Source: Eledone cirrhosa (lineage: Eukaryota). From it: a stretch of 64,000 nucleotides of DNA. The position numbers and the translations under genes are program-made. This document shows positions 11,345 to 23,024 of this stretch, one piece after another (the stretch's first letter is position 1; every line of letters begins with the position of its first letter). The stretch is from NCBI GenBank assembly GCA_964016885.1, contig OZ024742.1, positions 354,082,001 through 354,146,000 on the forward strand, read 5' to 3'. The notes below the pieces were generated by a model that was not told where the DNA came from, made no database searches, and was given only the letters and a program-made list of their open reading frames with translations.

Positions 11345-14300
11345 ATGCTGGGAAAGAGCACTTCCCTCTCTACCCTGATATTCCTTTTCAAATGAAACTT
11401 GAAAAAGTTAATTGGCATCACCGAAGAGGTAAGTGTTCGTCTTCAGCCCTTTCACACGTGTCCACCATACTTTCTCTTTCGCCATAGCCACCAGACAGAT
11501 AAAAATTGCCTGCCCTTCCCGGCTAAAGGAAGATGGCGGGGCAATCCTCACGATGAACTCAGCTGATAGCTGGAGCCGTCCTACACGTGAAAGCAGGTGT
11601 TCGACATAAACCCACAAGTCAGCAATGCTCGGACACTGGACGAGTGCGTGAAAGACGGTTTCGTCGCTCTGTGCGCAACTCGGACATGCCCGGCTGACGG
11701 CACCTCCATGCATTAGAGTTTATCCCGAACTGGCAGAGCTCCTCGGTAGCACTGCCAGGCCAGGGATTTCTGGAAGTTGTCCATAGGCCCACGCCCGAAA
11801 GTCCTTCCAAAGAGATTAGCGAGTTGATTTTCGTCGACGCCTAGTTTTTCTCCAAGTATGTCGTCGCTCTTCCCCTCCACTAATCCCCTATAGAACGCAA
11901 AGGTGGTGTTTCCACCGATCACATTGCGCGATTGGTTGAGGGCTGTGAGCGCCTGAAGACATTCCAGTCTCCAAGCACTCCGTCTCGGTCTTTGCTTGAC
12001 TCAGGACTGCAGCTTCGTCAAGGAGACGAGCTGGGGAAAGACGCGTCTAGCAAACGGCGACCACACCTGATCACCGTCGAGGAAGAGGTGGAGATGTCGT
12101 AGCCTGAGCGCGTGTCTACGCATCATCAGCCACGGCATGCCCAGCCTTCCACGTAGCGGGTGTTGACAGCAGATGGACCGCCTGACCATCGGAGCGCATC
12201 CCTTCCACAAAAAGTGAAAGAGCAAACGCTCAAGCGCAGTCAGTCGGGGCTTGAGGCAAGGTACGATGGTCAGGTGATAGTAGATGACGGACGTGAGGTA
12301 CGCTTTAGCCACCTCCGCTCGACCTTTCAGGGATAGCTTCCTCTCCGCCCATTTCTGGGTGAGAGAAGCCACCCTGCTCGTCACCTCGTTCCAGTGTTTG
12401 TCCGTCTGGAGGTCCGGACCGAACCAGACCCCTAGCAATTTAACCGATCCGACCGTCCAGCGTCCGACGACGCTGTTGGACGGCATGGACTTGCCTCTCC
12501 AGGTGCCGAGTTGCAGGCCCACTGACTTTTCCTGGTTGATCATTGCTCCTGTCACCGCTTCGTATTCTCTTAGTGGAGTGCCGATCACCTCGATGTGTTT
12601 GGCGTTCGACACCACCACGGTACCTTCGTCCGCATATGCTGACACGGATCTTCCGCATCCTAGTTCGCGCGGGACCCCCCTCAACGTCTCCAGTTTGTGC
12701 AGTAATGACTCGAGAGTCAATACGTACAAGAGGGACGAGAGGGGACATTCTTGGCGGACCGAGCGCATGATATTGAACGGTTTCGAAAGGTGACCGTTCA
12801 CTCTCACCACAGAGCAGATTTAGCTGTGCATGGCAGCGATCCAGCATCTTAAGACGGGCCCAAAGCCAGCCGCCCTCAGGGCTGCCGCTAGGTAACGATG
12901 GTTGACCCTATCGAAAGCTTTCGACTGATCTAAATTGATCTAGGACACACCCGTGCCAGGTTCCATAGCTACCCTCTCTGCGGTGTATCGCATGAGGTGG
13001 AGGTTGTGGTGGATGGATCTGTCGGGAATGGCGTCTGCGCCTCTCCCACCAGACAAAAAACGACAAGCGCCAACCTCTTTGCTAGCACCTTGGCCAAAAT
13101 CTTGAACTCTGTGTTTAGCAGGGTTATAGGCCTGAAAGTATCGATGTTATCCCCCTTGTTCGGATCCTTTCTCAGCAGCGCCACAGCTCCTCGGCTCACA
13201 GAGCTGGGAATTCACCCATTCTGTTGCCAGTTGCAATAGACTCTACCAAGAGGCCCCCGAACAAGTCTGGCATCTGTACGTAAAGTTAATAGTGCAGACC
13301 GTCTAAACCAGGCGGTTTACCCCTGGCGCAGCCAGTCATTGCCTCCCGTACTTCAGCGGATGTTATCGGCTTTTCGCAACACTCCGCCTCAGTGGCCCAG
13401 AGTCGCGGCAATCCGTCGAGGTAGACACTAAAGTCCATCCCTTGTTCCGGCCAGCCGCTGGCCCCGAACAGCTGTGCGAAGCGTCGCTGAAAAGCTTCAC
13501 ACATTTTCCCGGGATTGTGTAGCAGGCGCCCTTCGTGGTACAACAAAGACCGGATCGCTTTGTTGCCACGACACGTCTCCGCCACTCGGGCCCATTGAAC
13601 GGCTTTCGTCCCCTCGTGTCTGAGAGCACGCACCCTAGATCTGACAACGCAGCCTTAGTGCTTAGCATTGAAGTATTGCCAGGGGCCAATTTCGCCGCAA
13701 GTACGTCGGTCGCGATGCCTTTGCGTCTAATTTTCGTCTAATTTTTTAACTAATTCTCCCTCTGCTCTATTTTTCTCCATTGATAAAGCCTTACTAAACC
13801 TAATGGACTCTATTCTAATTGCTCTTTTCAGAGCAAACCACCACTTGTTGTTGACGATGGACCCCGTCAACACCCGCTTAACTAGTTCGCTAATCCGGTC
13901 TCTGTAGCCCTTGCGCGCTGGCAAGGACGCGTTTAGCTTCCAGTAGCCGGTTCCTCGTCTCTGAAGCCTATCTAAGTCAAGCACACAATCACGAATTTGT
14001 GGTCCGTGTAGCTGTTGTGTAGTCCTTTTCTATGATGCTGGTGTTGTGTTGGATGTAGTGTAATAATTGGTTGTTGTTCAAAGTTAATGCTGTGTAGTGT
14101 GTATCGTTTTGGTTGTTTTGTTTTGTTTGCGTTTGTTGTGGGTTTGTTTCTGTTTCGGTTTTTGATGACTTTTGTGGTGTTGGTGATGGCGGTGTTGCGG
14201 TTAATGATGGTCATGGTGTTGGTGTTTGTGGTGATGGGGTTGGTGATGCTGGTGTGGATGGTGGCATATCTGTCCTAACTTTTTTGTTTGATAGTTTATT

Positions 14301-15904
14301 TGTTTCCCTCTGTATTTTGTTTTTGGAGGGGGAAGGAAGAGAATTTTCTCTTTTTTGGTTTCTTTTTTTCGTTTTTCCTGACACCGTTTCCTACTCCTCG
14401 TCGTCACAATCTGTCTCCAGTTGCGATAAGCCGGGGAGTGGAAAGTCCTCCACAGGCGCTGGTTTTGGCTGTGGCGTGGTGGATGGTGTAGGCGCTGTTG
14501 CTAGTTCTGGCGCGTCGGGTGGTGGTTGTGTTGGTTTTGCTACTGTTGCTGGGGTTGTTGCTGTTACAGTTGTTGCTTCTACAGTTGTTGCTGCCATATC
14601 TGCTGCTGGTGGTGTTGATGGTTGTGTCACTGGGGTGGGTAAGAGAGGTGGCCTCAAACTTTTAGCCTGAGGGCAGAAAGCACTTAGGTGGGTTGCTTCA
14701 CCACAAATATCACACCTAGGCTTTCTGCCCTCGACGATTACGGTGAGGTGGCTGCTGTCAGTGAGGTCTATTACCTCTGGGATCTCCTCAATGCTTTTAT
14801 GGTCCGCTTGAATCAGGAGATCCATTCCATATCCAGACCAGTTCACCTGCCTTTCATTCGCTATCTCGATTATCTTGCTGTTGGCCTCGATGCCGGCGAG
14901 GACGGCTGCTATTAGCCATGGAATTTCGATGGCCGGTGGAACGTGGGTCACCCTGATCTTCACGAGTCTCTGGCCACAATAGCTTGGGACGAGTGTGAAG
15001 TCGTCACTTCTTAATGGCGCCATGGAGTGTTCTCTGGCCTCCTGTGGTGTTTCAAAGAACACGTCTACGGTTCCATCTTTCTGCCCACGTCTGATGTGGG
15101 TTTTTTTGCCCACACATGTCCCGAAGCTCTTTGCATTTGGGACTCGGATGCCCGTTCTAGTCGGCGCGATTTTATGTTAATTGTCCGATAAAACACGGTG
15201 AATAGGCGACGATGCTCCGTTTTATTAGTTTGGGGGTGAGGCTGACCCTGTACCCATCTTTCTTTAACATTCTTTTGGCTTCTTCTAATTCCTTCTGAGT
15301 TACCTGGATCGCTTCGCACATTTTTGCTACTCTTGCAAAAGACAGGGTAGTTTTTTTAATTTCATTGTTGCTGTTGTTGTTATCGTTATTTTTGTTATTG
15401 TTAAATTTTGTTTCAGTTGTGGTGGTGGCGTCAGTAGTGTTCGGTGTGGAAGAGTTCATTTTGGTTGAATTCATTTCGATATCACGAGTTAATTTATTTT
15501 TTTCTTTTGTTTCTGTTGTCGCTGTAGTGGTGGTGGGGGTGGCGGCTTTAACACCTGCCGTCATTGGTAATTTAAAATAATGCTACTGCTTATATTTTTA
15601 ATGTTGGCAAACGTAGTAATATTTACAATGGTGGTGTCGGTGCGAAGTGTTAGTTTGTGAGGAAGGTGTGAATCTGAGTCGGCCATGATTTTTCAAAGAA
15701 ACATTTTTTTTGTTTGGTAATTATAAAAAGTTTAAATTTTGGGCTCAAGGCCCCAATCTTTTTGAGTCTCCTTTTGAGAAATCAATGTATGTGCACTTAT
15801 ATACAGTTATCAATAAAATGTTTCCATAAATGGCAATTTTAAACAACTGAAAATAACAAACCTTTGTGGAGTTCGCGATGATGCGATTTACTACGTAGGT
15901 CGCC
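11345..15904 (-). mobile_element. Tx1 family A, decayed copy with 5' end, most of the APE domain deleted and the 3' end lost
   Basis: ORF1 pieces at 15564-14391 with knuckle CDICGEATHLSAFC. A junction near 14012 joins ORF1 to YTDHK..GYWKLN. RT pieces FRPITLLN and SAYADE. Multiple stops and frameshifts. Confidence 0.9.
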
Positions 15905-15952
15905 AATAATAATAATAATAATAACAACAACAACAACAGCAATAATAACAAT

Positions 15953-16142
15953 AATTGTTTCTACTTTTGGCACAAGGCTAGCAATAACCCAGTGTATTAC
16001 TGGTACTTTATGTTATCGACCCCATAAGTAAGAAAGGCAATGTTAACCTCGGCGGGATTTGAACTCAGAATGGCAAGGGCCGTAACTCTATGTGTCAAAG
16101 CATGACGTCTGACCCTCTACCGATACTGCCAATCCACCGCCC
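15953..16142 (-). mobile_element. Full-length tRNA-derived SINE
   Basis: Same A box, B box and tail as 634-823. Confidence 0.9.
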
Positions 16143-16956
16143 TTAACATTAATAACAGTAATGATAATAATAAAGGAGAAATACGATGATAGTGATTAAT
16201 ATAAACAACGGCACGAAGAAGAACAATAATTACAAGAGAAATACAAATGTGTATAATGAAAAGTTTATAAGATAGGGCTGATCACTAACAGTTAAACGTG
16301 GTACTAGTAAAAGGCGATAAAAATCAATACAATTAGCAAGAGATGGTAAATATGATACACACAAAGAAAACCTACCGTATAAACCCTAACATACAATAAT
16401 AAAATTAGACTAGAGGAATAAAAAATTAATACGAAAATAATATTCGTTGTGAATAATTATGTTAAAGGGAAAGAGACGTGTTATGTTCTAGCCATTTGAT
16501 TCTAAGAAAAATAAAGAAAATAACAGAACAAGTATGTACTGGCAAAATTTTTCATTAAATCAAAATTAATCTTCGAAAGATTGCGATTGATTCTGATATT
16601 AGTAGCTAGAGGCAAAATTTGATTACGAACCATTGTTTGTTTACTCCACGTTCAGTCATCTTTATAATGTTGTCAGCTATGAAAGAAATTGCGACTAGAC
16701 AGGACGCACACATATGTGAACGTATAGGTGATTAGGTATAATGAATTTGAGATAATTGATATATTGAATTAATCTATATATCGGAGACGTGTTTGTACCT
16801 GATTTCATAGCAACGTGTTTACGATCATCAATAGAAAAATATAAATATACACGCACGTATTTCACCAATACTATCTAGGCAGGACGAAAGACAAGCAATA
16901 GACTTACTGTTTTCCATATAACGAAACAGAACTGAACGAAACTTTACGTACATAAT

Positions 16957-16996
16957 TATCTATCTCTCTATCTATCTATCTATTTATCTATCTATC
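16957..16996 (+). repeat. (TATC)n microsatellite, the 5' flank of the Tx1-B pair
   Basis: Seen directly; TATC repeats recur at 20831-20855 and 26677-26692. Confidence 0.9.
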
Positions 16997-19900
16997 CCCC
17001 ACCCTAATGGAAATTGCGCAGCCCGATACCCGGGACGCAGAGAGGTAAGTGCCTTTTCTCTTCACCACCAACAGGGCTATGCTAAGAGTAGGCTGTTTAA
17101 ATGCGCGTGGCCTGGGCTCAACTTGGAAGCAAGCAATGCTTCTAAATGACCTCAGGTCACAACGTATAGATGTGATGGTTATTTGCGAGGCCCGGATCAG
17201 CAACGTGCGACAGCTGGCCCCCACCTTTGATGACTTTGAGATGCACGCATCTCTCTGTCAGCCCGGAGGTGTACGGTGGAGTTGTCGTTCTGCTGCAAAA
17301 ACATCTGGGTCTCGCAACACAGATGGTACATTTGGACCCGGAGGGTCGACTAGTGGTTCTGGACCTTGGCAGTGGTAAAGGCGGAGCGTTTAGGTTGGTA
17401 GCCGCCTACGGCCCTTTCGGGTCAATGCGGCCGGACTTCTTCCATCGTCTGGAGACTTTTCTGGGGACGTCCCGCTCCTTGCTATTAGTGGGGGACTGGA
17501 ATGGTATCCTAGATGCACGCTGGGACTACGTAGGGGCCTGCCCCGATAGAGAGGGGTGTAATAGCCTCAAAGGGTTAATCGGTCGATTTGACCTGGCCGA
17601 TAGATATCGACTAGATTTTCCGACTGCGCCAACCTGGACTTGGGCAAATCGTAGCAGATCATCTAGGTCGTACCTAGATAGGTTCTTAGTTAGAATTAAG
17701 GATAAGGACTTTTTAAGTTGTCCAAAAATGCGCATGGTTGGCTATTCAGACCACAAATTAGTGACCTGCATGGTCAACCTTGACAGAACTCATAGAGAGG
17801 GCCCCGGTTACTGGAAGCTCAACTTGCCCTTGCCGGCAAGTAGAGCGTACAGGAATCGGATTAGTACGTTAGTTAAGGAACGGTTGACTGGAGCGATCGT
17901 CAACAGCAGGTGGTGGGTATCTCTAAAGAGAGAGATTAGAGTAGTCTCGATAGAATTTAGTAAGGTTCTAGCTGCGGATAGGAATAGGAAGGAAAGGGAG
18001 CTAATAGATAGAGTAGAAGAGGCAATTAGAAGCGGCGACGTGGCCAGAGTGCTAGCGTCGAGAACGGCTTTGAGCCAGTTTTTCGACGCGAAGCACGAAG
18101 GCTGCGTTGTCCGAAGTAAAATACGTGCTCTAGGGAACGAAGGGACCAAAGCTGTTAGCTGGGCCCGCGTGACAGAGGCCAACAGTGGAACTAAATCCAC
18201 CATCCGGTCTTTGCGAGACCTGGATGGACGGGCGATTCTTGAGCCTAAGCAGATGTGTGAGGCCTTTCAAAGGCACTTTGCTCGACTGTTCGGGAGGGGC
18301 GGGGAGCCGGTTGGGAACGTGGACTTCGGTCCATACATCGACGGCCTGCCGCGCCTCTCGGACAGGGAGGCGAAGTCCTGCGAGGAGCCGATTTCGGCCG
18401 CTGAGATAGAGGACGTGCTGAGCCAATGCGGCAAACGCAAATCCCCGGGTCTCGATGGTCTTCCTTACGAATTATATCTAGCTATGCCGGACTTGTTCCC
18501 CGATCTCCTCGAGGCGGTCTACTGCAACTGGCAACAGAACGGGAGAATTCCCTGTACTGTGACCAAGGGCGTAGTCACGCTAGTGGGGAAGGGCGAGAAC
18601 AAGGGGGACGAAATAAGTAACTTCAGGCCCATAACTCTGCTAAATACAGAGTTACAGATTTTGGCCAAGGTGCTAGCAAAGAGGTTGGCGCTTGTCGTGG
18701 GCAACCTGGTGGGAGATGCGCAGACATGCGCTATCCCGTCCAGGTCCATCCATGACAACCTCCACCTCATGCGATACATCATAGAGAGGGTTGGGAACGA
18801 ACCCGTCTTTGGTGGGGCTCTGATCAACTTGGATCAATCTAAGGCGTTGGATTGGGTCGACCATGGTTACCTGGATGCGGTGCTAGCGGCGGCAGGCTTC
18901 GGACCCGTTTTCAGGGGCTGGATCACTGCTATGCACAGCAGCCGCATCTGCTCTAGGGTCAAGGTGAACGGCTACCTCTCGGAGCCGTTCAAAATCTCGC
19001 GGTCCATCCGACAAGGGTGCCCTCTCTCCTCCCTTCTGTATGTGTTGACTCTCGAGCCACTACTTCGGAAGTTGGAGTTGTTGCAGGGCATCCCTTTGGA
19101 ACCGGGATTGCGGAAAGCGGTGTCGGCCTACGCCGATGACGTGACAGTAATGGTGTCGACGGCCTCCGAAATCGAGGCGGTCGGCACCTTACTGGAGGAG
19201 TACGAAAAGTTCACAGGGGCTAAGCTGAACCGGGACAAGTCGATCGGTTTGCAACTCGGCACGTGGAGGGGCAGACCGATGCCCTCCGATGGCGTCGTCG
19301 GACGCTGGACGGAGGGCCCGGTGAAGTTGCTCGGGGACTGGTTCGGACCGGACCTCCAGGTGGAGAAAAACTGGGCGGAGGTTACGAACAGGGTGTTTGC
19401 ACTGACCCAGAAGTGGGCCAGTTGCAAACTATCCCTGAAAGGTCGGGCGGAGGTGGCGAACACCTACATAGCGTCCGTCATCTACTACCGCCTGACCGTA
19501 GTGCCCTGCCCAAGGGAAACCCTCACGAAGATGGAGCGCGCGCTCTTCCAATTCCTTTGGAAGAGGCGGGCTCCTATGGTGAGGAGATCCATCTGCTGTC
19601 AACACCCTTCGAAAGGAGGGCTGGGGATGCCGTGGCTAATGATGCGTAAACACGCATTAAGGCTACGGCACCTCTACGTATTCCTCACCGGACAACCGGT
19701 GTGGGCCTCGTTTGTGAGACGAACCTTTCCCAGACTCGTCTCACTCACCGAGCTGCAATCCTGGGTCAAGCAAAGACCGAGAAAACTGGGCGCCTGGCAC
19801 ACTGAGTGTGCCCAGGCGCTCACCGCCCTCTGGCAGGCGGATCCGGTTATCAGTGGAGACTCCACCGCAACATTCTATAGAGGGCTGGTACGCAGCAGGT

Positions 19901-20830
19901 GCGACGACGCCCTCGGAGAAGCCCTAGACATGGAGGAGGACGAACTGGCCAGCCTGTTCGGTAGGACATTCAGCCCGGGACCTATGGACAACTTCCAGAA
20001 GTCCCTGGCCTGGCAGTGCTACCGAGGAGCTTTACCGGTTCGAGAAAGGCTCTACAGACACGGGCGCCCGGGTAGCGACCCCGCCAAAAATATCTGTCCC
20101 AGATGCGTGTGCGACGAGGAAACCGTTGCACACGCATTGGTACACTGCTCGGGCGTAGCCGATCTGTGGGGCTATGTCGAACAACTGCTGTCAAGGGTGG
20201 GACCGATCCGGTTGACCACCGAGTCTATTGTAATGATCAAGCCGCCTTCCCCCTTCAAAGATGAAGCAGAGGCGGTGTTTCTGTGCGTAATAGCCATGGC
20301 GAAAGAGGTTGTATGGTGGACGCGTCTGAAAGGACTGAGGTCAGGCACCTTTTTCTCTGGCCAACAACTGGTCCGTTTCTTCCGATATCATTTCGGAAGA
20401 AGGATCAGGATGGAGAGAGAGGTGCTGCACCCCAGTCGTTTTTATGAAAGGTGGGTGAAAGTGGCGAGAATGGCCCGTGTGAATGGGCCTTCTCTTTACA
20501 TGAGCCTGTAGGTGGAAAATAGGAAGGAACGAAGGAGCACCCCCTCTCTGTGCTCCTGAGGAAAAGGGTTGCACACTTTTTTCGGGGGTGTGTGCGACCC
20601 CCCAAGGCGCCTCCTCTCTATTGAGGATTTTGTTATAAATTTTATTTTTTGTTATATTTTATAACAAAATCCTCTATTGAGGATTTTGTTATAATTCTAT
20701 TTTTTGTTATATTTTATTTTATTTTTATATATTGTTATTGCCTCCTCCCTATTGAGGACGCCTTGTTTTGTAAACTCCCCCCATTGTACTTGTCCCACTT
20801 TTGATGCCCTTGTGGCAAATAAAAGAAACA
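16997..20830 (+). mobile_element. Tx1-clade LINE B1, 5'-truncated within the last codons of ORF1
   Basis: Starts with MEIAQPDTRDAER*, homologous to the B2 ORF1 end. Full ORF2 and a 3'UTR with AATAAA, followed by (TATC)n. Confidence 0.9.
17079..20511 (+). pseudogene. Tx1-B1 ORF2 (APE endonuclease, RT, CCHC) with one frameshift near 17270
   Basis: CLNARGL and CEA are in one frame; GDWN, YLDR, SDHK, RQGCPLS, YADD and CPRC..HALVHC are in the other. Confidence 0.9.
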
Positions 20831-21090
20831 TATCTATCTATCTATCTATATATCTCCCACAATCTAGCTGTCGTCTGTTCTACAGTGTGGATGTCATTCA
20901 CTTCGCACAGAAGTTTTGTTCAAATTTATTGAGGAAATTTTGTGAGTTCAAACTTAATTTTGATACAATTGTGTAGCTTGACCCTCCGTCTGAACTGTCA
21001 GGCGGTGGGTCAGCTCATCTTTACCCCTCCTAGAGGTGAAAAACCTGTTTTAAAAAATGTTGTGTAAAAAATTTCAATCGTCTAACAGAA

Positions 21091-22991
21091 ATGTTAAACG
21101 CAGCGAACGAAAATAGTGGTGGGGGGACAGCGGTAAGAGTTGTAAGCTCGCACGCTTTAGTCCTCCCTTCCTTCCCAACTAACGTCATAGAGAAGGAAGA
21201 AAAAATTAAAATAAAAACAGACGAATCTGCGGAGAAAAAATTAAATGACGAAAACACAAATCTGGACTTGGATTCAAACAACGAAGAAAAAAAATTTGAA
21301 AAATTGCATGACAATACTAATAACACAAACAAAGACACAACAAACGCAAAAATAACAGTTGAAAATAACACCATATCAGAAAACAAAGCAGACGACAAAA
21401 TTTCATTTGCACAGAAAACAAAGAATCTTTGACTTATATAGCGGAAAACATTTCAGATGTGGTACGAAGGATCACGGACGCCAAACAATACATAAGTGAA
21501 GGAGAAAATGGTATTTTATCGGTAAAAATGCCTCAAGAATTCACGAATGACATTGAAAGCCGAACGGTCAAGTTTCGGACCATCAACAACAGTACAAAAA
21601 AACCTGAACAGCCTTCTCAAGCAGATATCAAAACAGTACTCACAGAAGTACTTAATGAAACCACTTTCATAAGAAAAGACAGACTGTATGGAAGCCTAGC
21701 AATTATCATGAAGAACGAATCGGCGGCAAAAAAATGTGCTTTGTCACCGATTCGTTCAACAAATTTCACCTTTTATCCATCTTATATGGGGAAAAGAACT
21801 CAACGCATATGGCTGGATGCAATGATGCCAGATGTGGACTACTGCTGGCTCATAGCTGGCTTCATCGATCCAGTGAATGACAACGTGATTTCCATTGGGA
21901 AAACCACAGGCAATGCGTTCAGTGGAACAGGTATAGAGCTGGTAGTACAAATGAAGCCTGAACGCATCGCCCAAATACCCGACAGAATCCTATTAGAGGA
22001 CCACGGGTATATAAACATTAGCGTGGAGGGGAGAAGGCCGTCCTGCCATATCTGTGCAGGCAGAGGGCACCTGAAGGCCGCTTGTCCCCAACTCAACAAA
22101 AAGAAAACCCTGCTACCAACACCAGCTCCACCACCACCACCACAACAGATAAACAAACAACAAAACTCAGTCCCACCCAACCTGTCCCTCAGTAAAACCA
22201 CAACACCACCACAACACAAACAGTCACAACACATTACCCCAAAACAAAATACAGGCCCACCCAACCTCTCACTCAATAAAACAACACAACCACCGCAGAC
22301 ACAACACACAACACAGTCTAACATAGTGACATCCATCTCCCCCACAAAGAAAACCAACACGGAAACATTACCAGCAAACATACCTCTTCCCTCCAACACT
22401 GAAGATAACCCAACGAATTCGGAGGAAGAAACGGAGTCCTTCAGACAGATTAAAAGGAAAAAAAGAAAACATGTGCAAAACACACAAGGACAAACAACCC
22501 CCACCCAAATCTCAACACAATCCAACAAAATAGAAAACACCCCTCCAGCAACAAACAAAACCAAACCTGCCCCTCCCCTCTTCGAAACACTCACACCATC
22601 GGAAAAAAAGACATTACACTATACTTACATCAACAGAAACAATAATAAATTAAATGAGCTCATATACAATAATCCTTCGGTACAAACCGAAGGTGTAAAC
22701 TTTGTTTCGTCAGAAAACTACCCACATTTAAAACTAATAAAGATCCCAATGAACCTCTACCAAAAACTAAAAAAGGATTTTAAGGAGGACGTAGGACCAC
22801 CCTCTGTCAAACCCATAAACCGCGTCCTACTAAAAAGCTTTCCCCCTCCCCTTCCCCTCCCCAACACAACTCCAAACACCCCAACCCCACCACACACTGA
22901 CGACCCCACACCACCACAAGACACCCCTTCACCCAACACCCCCGACCCCATGGAAGTCGTGCAACCCGAACCCCGGGAAGCGGAAAGGTAG
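21091..22991 (+). pseudogene. Tx1-B2 ORF1 (gag-like, CCHC knuckle, Pro/Thr-rich tail), split by a 1-bp frameshift near 21429
   Basis: ORFs 21091-21432 and 21429-22991 together align to family A ORF1 (SFA..K, RTIN, VEGRRPSCHICAGRGHLKAAC). Confidence 0.85.
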
Positions 22992-23024
22992 GTCTCTACA
23001 ATCTCCTTTGGCTCTGCCGCCCAC

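Noticed and set aside
17045-17074. 30-nt GT..AG intron fusing ORF1 to ORF2 in Tx1-B1
   Set aside because: Too short for a typical animal intron, and the AG is not present in B2.
21420-21435. Programmed frameshift at CTT TGA in Tx1-B2 ORF1
   Set aside because: It would need -1 rather than the +1 this motif is known for, there is no slippery heptamer, and family A reads through the equivalent region. A 1-bp deletion or sequencing error is simpler.
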